DNA of 64,000 nt from an uncultured virus (IMG/VR IMGVR_UViG_3300022198_000011) (taxonomy: Duplodnaviria > Heunggongvirae > Uroviricota > Caudoviricetes), in IMG/VR virus record IMGVR_UViG_3300022198_000011; one strand, given 5' to 3'. Of this stretch, positions 1 through 6,429 are shown piece after piece; position 1 is the stretch's first letter; the number at the start of each line of letters is the position of its first letter. Made by a program: the position numbers and the translations under genes. Under the pieces are notes generated by a model. The model did no database searches, was not told the DNA's origin, and saw only the letters and a program-made list of their open reading frames with translations.

Positions 1-3
1 GAA

Positions 4-111
4 CGGTGTGCGGTCTATAGAACGGGGCACCGGGGCCTTGCTACGCCGCCCCCCTTAGCCGGAGCAATAGGCTACGCCGTTATGCTACGCTCCTTATGAC
101 CGCGCACACCG
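4..111. repeat. Imperfect inverted repeat enclosing three GCTACGC direct repeats, followed by an A-rich tract
   Basis: CGGTGTGCGGTC (4-15) pairs with GACCGCGCACACCG (98-111, 2-nt bulge); GCTACGC at 40, 71 and 84; A-rich run at 116-140. Confidence 0.55.
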
Positions 112-204
112 CTCCAAAAAAAATTGAAAAAAATAATAATTTTACCTACAGAACTACCTTTCATTACCGATGGCCTCAAAATCTCAAGCACCTTAGGCCC
201 AGCC

Positions 205-729
205 ATGTCGGAAGCGTTTGAGCAGGCGTGGAGCGTCCTCAAGGCTCTCAACCCTGCTTTTCAGGACGACCCGAATGCTCCTGAGCAAGACTTGCGTCAT
301 TATCAAAACATGCAATCCATGCTCGACACCTACACGCCTCGTGGTAACACCAATCCACGGTGGCTTCAACCTGCTGGACACAAACCGCTCACGCCCTTCC
401 CGCAGGGCTTTGTTGACCTGAATCCGTGGATGGAAGCCGCCAATCTCGACCATCAAGCAAGGACATCTCGCAACCCCGCTGACGCTCGCATGTTTGCTCA
501 GCAGGCCATAGAGGCTCGCAACGCTCCCATAGCGGTTGAAGACCCCGAAGGAAGCCTCCCTGAAGCAATCCCATGGGAACAGGGCATCGACATGGAAGAG
601 ATACAGCGTTACCTTGCCGAAGCGCATCGACGCTCTATCGCTCCGCTCTCCTATCGTCGCAAAATCAAACCATTGAGCGATGAAGAAGTTGCTCGTGATT
701 TGAGGCGTCTGCGTGATTACAGGCGGTAA
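205..729 (+). CDS. Hypothetical protein with N-terminal AFxxAWxxLK tag
   Basis: Starts MSEAFEQAWSVLK at ATG 205, inside the 124..729 ORF; the same start is seen in the next gene. Confidence 0.75.
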   Translation: MSEAFEQAWSVLKALNPAFQDDPNAPEQDLRHYQNMQSMLDTYTPRGNTNPRWLQPAGHKPLTPFPQGFVDLNPWMEAANLDHQARTSRNPADARMFAQQAIEARNAPIAVEDPEGSLPEAIPWEQGIDMEEIQRYLAEAHRRSIAPLSYRRKIKPLSDEEVARDLRRLRDYRR

Positions 730-733
730 AAGC

Positions 734-1828
734 ATGTCGGAAGCGTTTGAGCAAGCGTGGTTGCTGCTTAAACAAGTCAATCGGCAGTCAAGGCTTCCCG
801 GCTACGAAGGGCAGATGATTGCTGATAGCAGGCGAAGCAGGCGAAGAGATGGCCGTGGCTTTGCGGATGAGGGGCCTCGTCAGATGGGGCCTTTCCTCGA
901 AGGTCTTGAAGAAGTTCTGAATAACCCACGGCAGCGTGAGCGTTATGTCGCCCGCAGAAGAATGCCTGCTCGCATCGTAAGGACATTTGAGAATCCAACT
1001 GCAGCAGGGTTTCAATTTGATGACGCTGTCACCTATGCCCTTGAAGACGAAGCAGGGGAACGGTTGGCTGAAATCCACACTAACAGAGAAAATCAAATCA
1101 GCGATTTTGCCGGTGAGGTCCCCGCACAGCATCGACGCAAGGGCTACTACCGTGAACTGATTGAAAATCTCATTCGGCATGGTTTCCCATTGACTTCACA
1201 TTCACGCAACGAAATGTCCGACCCGTTTCACAAAAAGTTCATTCGCACGCTACCTGACGACATAGATGTTAGCACGATATTTGATTCATCGGGTGACAGC
1301 GAATATGACGACCATCACTACACCCACGCTCCTTACTTCCCCGGCAAACACGGGCCGGGCGGCGATTGGGGCGACCTGCGCGGACCGCATCGTATCACCG
1401 TGCCCTTTTTTGACCGCTCAAGCGAGTCTTATCGAACTCGTGACCTTGAGGTGCCGGGACCAATAGCAGGAAGACCACATTACCATCGTAACCGGGACAT
1501 CATTGTCCCGACCGAGGCGGCTCGTGAAATCCTTGCTCGTGATAATGGTGGTTTTGACTATGAAAGACGAAGAGTGATTAACAGTCTAAAAAACGCACAG
1601 CGCGAAAAGGGGATAGATTCCCATTACAGCAATCCATCCTACGGGCTTGTGCAAGATGCGCCTATGCGTCTTCCCAATCCCGCTTACGGTTCGCGAATCT
1701 TTTCACAAAGTCGGCTTCCCGGTCTTTTGGAGTCAGACTACGCCGCTTGGGAGGCCAATCAACCGCTTTTCCCTATGGACGACGCATCGGAGATGGCTCG
1801 AAGGACACGGGCAAATTACATCCAATAA
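734..1828 (+). CDS. Tagged protein with a GNAT acetyltransferase-like segment
   Basis: Starts MSEAFEQAWLLLK; VPAQHRRKGYYRELIENL resembles the GNAT acetyl-CoA-binding motif A. Confidence 0.6.
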   Translation: MSEAFEQAWLLLKQVNRQSRLPGYEGQMIADSRRSRRRDGRGFADEGPRQMGPFLEGLEEVLNNPRQRERYVARRRMPARIVRTFENPTAAGFQFDDAVTYALEDEAGERLAEIHTNRENQISDFAGEVPAQHRRKGYYRELIENLIRHGFPLTSHSRNEMSDPFHKKFIRTLPDDIDVSTIFDSSGDSEYDDHHYTHAPYFPGKHGPGGDWGDLRGPHRITVPFFDRSSESYRTRDLEVPGPIAGRPHYHRNRDIIVPTEAAREILARDNGGFDYERRRVINSLKNAQREKGIDSHYSNPSYGLVQDAPMRLPNPAYGSRIFSQSRLPGLLESDYAAWEANQPLFPMDDASEMARRTRANYIQ

Positions 1829-1830
1829 TC

Positions 1831-1838
1831 TTTTATCA
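1831..1838 (+). promoter_or_regulatory. Archaeal TATA-like box for a leaderless transcript
   Basis: TTTTATCA begins 28 nt before ATG 1859; no SD sequence. Confidence 0.5.
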
Positions 1839-1858
1839 AGCAGCCTTGTCAGAAGTTT

Positions 1859-2287
1859 ATGGTCCGACCCTTTGACGCCGCTTGGTCCATCATCAAGCAA
1901 TACGATGTGAACTCCTATCGTGGTCAGCGCACGCTGGGCCGTGAAGGGCGCATGGCGCTTCGTGACGATGCTATGGCTGGCGCTAACGCATTCCATCAGG
2001 CCCGCATCGACGCTATGCGAAACTTGCCTGACCCCCGAGATAGCCGGGGTGCGTTTTCACAGCCCGGCGGCGAGCCATTCAACCCGTTCGTGGAGCAGGC
2101 TCCTGTAGCGGCCGCTCCTCGCCCCATCGACACCGATGTTCCTCTTGGCTCAACGGGCCAAACGATGCCGCTCTCAGCGGGCAAACCCCGTGAGATGCGT
2201 CGTGGAGAGCGAGCGCCAACGACACCTCGCCCCGGTTTCCGCACCCGTGAAGCCATGCCGTTAACTGATTATCACTTCGGAGAGTGA
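1859..2287 (+). CDS. Tagged hypothetical protein
   Basis: Starts MVRPFDAAWSIIK. Confidence 0.75.
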   Translation: MVRPFDAAWSIIKQYDVNSYRGQRTLGREGRMALRDDAMAGANAFHQARIDAMRNLPDPRDSRGAFSQPGGEPFNPFVEQAPVAAAPRPIDTDVPLGSTGQTMPLSAGKPREMRRGERAPTTPRPGFRTREAMPLTDYHFGE

Positions 2288-2292
2288 AACCC

Positions 2293-2823
2293 ATGAGAGC
2301 CTTTGACGCAGCATGGTCCGTTATCAAAGCGCTCCCTGAAGACCAAGTGTTTGAGCAAAGGGGCGATGGAAGGTTTGAAACACAGCCTACACAAGAGCGG
2401 TTTGGAACCGTTCACCCCGCAATTCGAGGATTGCTGCAACGCCTTCATCGTGGAGTTGGGCCGGATGGATATACGGACTTTAATCGGGCAAGACCTTCAA
2501 TGCAATTTGACCCTCCCCGACATTGGTCGTCACCCGGTCCAAAAATTGAAGACTTAGGCACACTCTACGAAGACCCTGTCGAAACCATAAAACCAAGTCC
2601 GGGCTCTTCTCAACACAGCCTTGATATTGCTCAAAGGTCACATGGTGTGAAAGAATTACCTTACTTTGAAGATGAAGACCAAAACCTTGCTTTCTTTGCT
2701 CAATATCCAACAAGAAGTCTCCGAGAAGCCGCAATTCGTCGGCGCGAACAAGGGCAACCTATGAGGCCGTCGCACATATTTTCTCGATTCAGCAGAGATT
2801 CTGTTCCTTACAGGGAGTTTTGA
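2293..2823 (+). CDS. Tagged hypothetical protein
   Basis: Starts MRAFDAAWSVIK; shares TVHPAIxG and PS..F with the next gene, so probably a distant paralog. Confidence 0.75.
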   Translation: MRAFDAAWSVIKALPEDQVFEQRGDGRFETQPTQERFGTVHPAIRGLLQRLHRGVGPDGYTDFNRARPSMQFDPPRHWSSPGPKIEDLGTLYEDPVETIKPSPGSSQHSLDIAQRSHGVKELPYFEDEDQNLAFFAQYPTRSLREAAIRRREQGQPMRPSHIFSRFSRDSVPYREF

Positions 2824-3377
2824 TGATGAGAGCCTTCGATGCAGCATGGTCTGTTCTCAAAGCGGACCCTCGTCAACGAATGTTTGGCCCTCCTTCGGGC
2901 GGGCCGGGGAACATCTCGGTCAGTCAAACAGTTCACCCTGCTATTGCCGGTATGGTTCAGCGGGCCACAGACCCGTATGGATTGCCGCCGTCAGTGAGCA
3001 AACCTTTCAATTTTGACTCAAGCCGACCGCGACCGTTCGACACCGTCACTCACACCAACCCACAGACCGGTGAAAGTCGCTCATCCGCTTCAGACCTTGA
3101 ACGAAGAAGTCTCAGCAATATCAATTCTTACGAAGCAGGGACTCCTCATTCAAAACTTATGACGGCTTTGGATAACGCCTTTGTTCCTGATTTTAGAGAA
3201 GGGGCTACGCTCAACCGACCACCTTATGTCACGAGTAGGCCCATGACACCGGAAGAGATTGCTACCGGTGAGCCGGATGCGACATCACCCATGGCTTTCA
3301 GAAACGATGTGAGGGAAAATAGGGAAGGACGAGAGTTCCGAGACAGCCTCAAAACAGCCCGTCAATACGGCCTTTGA
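2823..3377 (+). CDS. Tagged hypothetical protein
   Basis: Starts (M)MRAFDAAWSVLK; contains QTVHPAIAG. Confidence 0.75.
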   Translation: MMRAFDAAWSVLKADPRQRMFGPPSGGPGNISVSQTVHPAIAGMVQRATDPYGLPPSVSKPFNFDSSRPRPFDTVTHTNPQTGESRSSASDLERRSLSNINSYEAGTPHSKLMTALDNAFVPDFREGATLNRPPYVTSRPMTPEEIATGEPDATSPMAFRNDVRENREGREFRDSLKTARQYGL

Positions 3378-3416
3378 GTCAATAAGTTTAATTTCCACAC
3401 CGCCCTCGGCTCACAC

Positions 3417-3572
3417 ATGCTGTTGCCGACGCTGCTCTTCCTCTCTTTCATAGCGGGGTTTGTAACGATGTGGCTGGCTACCCCCGACCCCACTGACACT
3501 GTAGTTTTCATTGAAGACGAGGCGGCCTTTCACCAAGCCTGCTTCAACGGAATGCGGAGGGGCATCCAGTGA
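3417..3572 (+). CDS. Small 51-aa membrane protein (not in ORF track)
   Basis: MLLPTLLFLSFIAGFVTMWLATPDP...RRGIQ*; N-terminal hydrophobic helix; TTTAATTT at 3387; its stop overlaps the GTG of the next gene (GTGA). Confidence 0.6.
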   Translation: MLLPTLLFLSFIAGFVTMWLATPDPTDTVVFIEDEAAFHQACFNGMRRGIQ

Positions 3573-4414
3573 AAGTCACCGTCTACGAGGTCGGTCCTCG
3601 GGACGGTTTGCAGTCACTTTCGCATGTCGTGCCGACTGAAAAGCGTCGTGAACTCATCAATGCTCTCTACAACGCCGGTATCGAGCACATCGAGGAAGTT
3701 TCGTTCGTTCATCCCAAGATTTTGCCGCAAATGGCCGATGCCGAGGCGGTTTTCACAGGAAAAGGGTCGGTTTTGGTGCTCAATCAGCGTGGATTTGAGC
3801 GTGCGATGGCCTGCGGCGCTGAAAAAGTGAACATCGTCCTCTCACCGTGCGAAACATTCTGCATGCGCAACATGGGTAAGCGACATGGTGAGTTGATGCT
3901 TACTTATCGTCAAATGTTGAACAACTACTCCAAGGAAAAGGTCCGAGTCTACATCTCGATGGCCTTTGGAAGCCCTGATAGCGGCTCTTTTGGTCGAAAA
4001 CACCTGCAAAACATGGTTCGAGACGCCAAAATGTTCGGCGACACGGTGGTTTTTGCCGATACGGTCGGCTGTGCGAGTCCCAGCGACATCTCGGTAGCAG
4101 CATCGGTCGCTTTTGAAAATGAAATGACGCCAGCGCTGCATTTGCATCATCGTGGAGACGAATCACAGGCGATTTCACTCGTTCGAGCCGGTTTGCTTGC
4201 CGGAATCCGGCAATTTGACTCGTCCATCGGGGGTCTTGGTGGTTGCCCATTCGCTGAAGGCAGCGGTGCTAACCTTGCTACCGAAACATTGGTTCGCCAT
4301 CTCAACGCTTGGGGCTTTGAAACAGGCATTGACGAGCGTAGCCTGCAGGCTGCGGAGCAAATAGCGATGCGTCTCAAAAATGCTTTATCAAGCGACATCA
4401 TGACAGTGGTATGA
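3569..4414 (+). CDS. hmgL: Hydroxymethylglutaryl-CoA lyase (DRE-TIM metallolyase), auxiliary metabolic gene
   Basis: EVGPRDGLQ, SFVHPK..PQMAD, ADTVG, HLH and DSSIGGLGGCPFAEGSGANLATE motifs are all present. Confidence 0.92.
   Translation: MKVTVYEVGPRDGLQSLSHVVPTEKRRELINALYNAGIEHIEEVSFVHPKILPQMADAEAVFTGKGSVLVLNQRGFERAMACGAEKVNIVLSPCETFCMRNMGKRHGELMLTYRQMLNNYSKEKVRVYISMAFGSPDSGSFGRKHLQNMVRDAKMFGDTVVFADTVGCASPSDISVAASVAFENEMTPALHLHHRGDESQAISLVRAGLLAGIRQFDSSIGGLGGCPFAEGSGANLATETLVRHLNAWGFETGIDERSLQAAEQIAMRLKNALSSDIMTVV
4384..4401 (+). promoter_or_regulatory. TATA-like box plus shared AAGCGACATCAT element
   Basis: TTTATC-AAGCGACATCAT begins 27 nt before ATG 4411; the same 12-mer occurs at 6061-6072. 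Confidence 0.55.
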
Positions 4415-5142
4415 GCGGAGCCTTTGACGCAGCGTGGGCTGTGCTCAAGATGGCTCGCTACACCGCAGGCCCCTACGAGATTTGGGACAGCAACGAGCGT
4501 GTTCGTGGCTCTGAAGGCGATGCTCAATTTGCTCACCTACCGCAAACCTACACTGTGCCCAACTTCAAGCAAGATGAAGAAACAGGTGAGTGGATTGAAA
4601 GCGGAACAAGAGAAGAAAAGCAATACTACCCCATCGGTGAAAACTCGGGCTTTGAACTCAAAGCCGGTAAAATGATGATGACCCCCGAACAATTTCACCA
4701 ATTGGTAGGGGCTCCCGCACCCGAACACCGCTCAGGTCAACAAACGGCCATTCGTGAGTTTATGGACCAAGGTGCGCCGATTGCCGCCCCGTTCCTCAAA
4801 GTCATGCCCGAAGAAGGCGGTGGATTCAGAGTTGTAGGACACGAAGGTCGACATCGCATGCAGGCACTTCGTGATGCAGGCTACGGCGATGTCCCTGTTC
4901 CGATTGAATTGCAGAGTAGCAAATACCTCTTCGGTCATGACATGACCAATGAGAAGTTAAGAGAAGCATTGATGAACGCTATCCTGCGTCCCGAATACGG
5001 TTACTACGGAGCAGATGAACTCGCACAAGCACGCTCACATCATGACGCTGATGAAGAATACCGAATGGGTTTGCATCGGCTCAATAAGCCTCTGTTAATC
5101 AACAACATCGACCCCGTGTGGACACGAGGTGAATACCGATGA
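4411..5142 (+). CDS. Tagged protein with ParB/Srx-like N-terminal-fold domain
   Basis: Starts MSGAFDAAWAVLK; FRVVGHEGRHRMQALRDAGYGDVPV matches the ParB/Srx GxxR signature. Confidence 0.7.
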   Translation: MSGAFDAAWAVLKMARYTAGPYEIWDSNERVRGSEGDAQFAHLPQTYTVPNFKQDEETGEWIESGTREEKQYYPIGENSGFELKAGKMMMTPEQFHQLVGAPAPEHRSGQQTAIREFMDQGAPIAAPFLKVMPEEGGGFRVVGHEGRHRMQALRDAGYGDVPVPIELQSSKYLFGHDMTNEKLREALMNAILRPEYGYYGADELAQARSHHDADEEYRMGLHRLNKPLLINNIDPVWTRGEYR

Positions 5143-6041
5143 GGGCTTTTGATGCAGCATGGGCTGTGTTGAAGGCGGAAAAAGTGAGCGTTTCAGGATT
5201 ACCCATGGGTGAAGGGTCGTTCCGACAGGTCTTTCCAAACAGAAGGAACAGGAACGAAGTCATCAAACTCCCTAACATGGGCGGGCAGCAAATGACAAAC
5301 ATCGCCGCCATGGACGCCTTGGCTCAACTGGGTTATCCGGTCATGCCTGAAACACCGGTTTTAGCCTACAAAATTGGAGGCACTGTGCAAGGTCCTTACC
5401 CCGGAACAACGCAGCCGAGAGCGAACGCTGTGGTGTCGGATGAAAAGGCTCGTTTGTCAAACGACCCCGACACTACATGGCAAGAGCAAACTGATTTTCA
5501 GAATCAATTCAGAGACACAGTGCGGCACCCGCTCATTACCTACGGGCCGATTCAGGACCCCTTGATGCAGGCCATAGGCGTTACGGATGTTCGTGAAGCA
5601 AACACGGGCATTTACGACGATGGTATGAAAGCCATTGACTTTGAAGTGATGAATCTTGGCGCTCATAGAGAGCCAACTTACGATGAAAATGGTCAGAAGT
5701 GGGCATCGACGATGCCTCGTTTGAAAGATTGGTTGAAAGTGCCCGATGAGCAACGACGCAGTTTCATCAACATTTACGGGGACACTTCACGCTTTGAGCC
5801 TTGGAATGACGCTCGCAACCCTCGCACGGGGTATCTTGGAACACAAGAAGAACTCTACAGAAGAGGGCTTCGTAACCTCCAATTGATGAACGACATGATT
5901 GACAACCCTGAGCAGCGTCGTTTGTTTGAGTTTGTTGGTGAAGAGGAAAAAGACCGCGGTGAAAGTGAGTATTACTGGGGTCAGAAACTTGGTGCTCAAA
6001 AATGGCGAGACATGATTCAAAATCGAGAGCCAGTGGAGTAG
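5139..6041 (+). CDS. Tagged protein with a protein-kinase-like fold
   Basis: Starts MRAFDAAWAVLK; MGEGSFRQV (Gly loop), VIK, DVREAN (DxxxxN) and AIDF occur in canonical order. Confidence 0.65.
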   Translation: MRAFDAAWAVLKAEKVSVSGLPMGEGSFRQVFPNRRNRNEVIKLPNMGGQQMTNIAAMDALAQLGYPVMPETPVLAYKIGGTVQGPYPGTTQPRANAVVSDEKARLSNDPDTTWQEQTDFQNQFRDTVRHPLITYGPIQDPLMQAIGVTDVREANTGIYDDGMKAIDFEVMNLGAHREPTYDENGQKWASTMPRLKDWLKVPDEQRRSFINIYGDTSRFEPWNDARNPRTGYLGTQEELYRRGLRNLQLMNDMIDNPEQRRLFEFVGEEEKDRGESEYYWGQKLGAQKWRDMIQNREPVE

Positions 6042-6054
6042 CCAGCGCAACCGC

Positions 6055-6072
6055 TATATGAAGCGACATCAT
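6055..6072 (+). promoter_or_regulatory. TATA-like box plus shared AAGCGACATCAT element
   Basis: TATATG-AAGCGACATCAT begins 27 nt before ATG 6082. Confidence 0.55.
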
Positions 6073-6081
6073 CGCAGTTGC

Positions 6082-6423
6082 ATGAGCCGTGCTTTCGCTG
6101 CCGCCTTTGACCTCATCAAAATGAATCACTTCAACGCCACCTACGGTGCTGCGTTATTCGATGCCTTGCTCATGAAGGCCTTGGACGACGGTGTGCTGCG
6201 TAAGAACATTCAGGATTACATGCACATGTCTCTTGCCGAACTGGCGGATTTGCCTCCTGAAGAAAAGGAATATGCTTTCAGTCTCCTTCAGGAGCACCTT
6301 GCCGCTCAACCCAAGGCGACGGAAAACCCTGAGGGCGAAACCCCCGCTCCCGAAGACGCTGTGCCTGAGCCTGTCGCCAAAGCCTTCTACTCGGTGATGA
6401 ACGATTACTTTGGCTTGTTGTGA
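6082..6423 (+). CDS. Small acidic protein with a variant tag
   Basis: Starts MSRAFAAAFDLIK; internal LLMKA and VAKA. Confidence 0.7.
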   Translation: MSRAFAAAFDLIKMNHFNATYGAALFDALLMKALDDGVLRKNIQDYMHMSLAELADLPPEEKEYAFSLLQEHLAAQPKATENPEGETPAPEDAVPEPVAKAFYSVMNDYFGLL

Positions 6424-6429
6424 TGTCCA

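Noticed and set aside
124..204. Upstream extension of the first ORF from TTG 124
   Set aside because: It runs through the A-rich tract; ATG 205 matches the tag start shared with the next gene
204..5175. Tag-coding DNA repeats read as a CRISPR array, attC sites or DGR repeats
   Set aside because: They are in-frame coding sequence with synonymous variation, irregularly spaced and non-palindromic; no cas, integrase or reverse transcriptase gene is in the window
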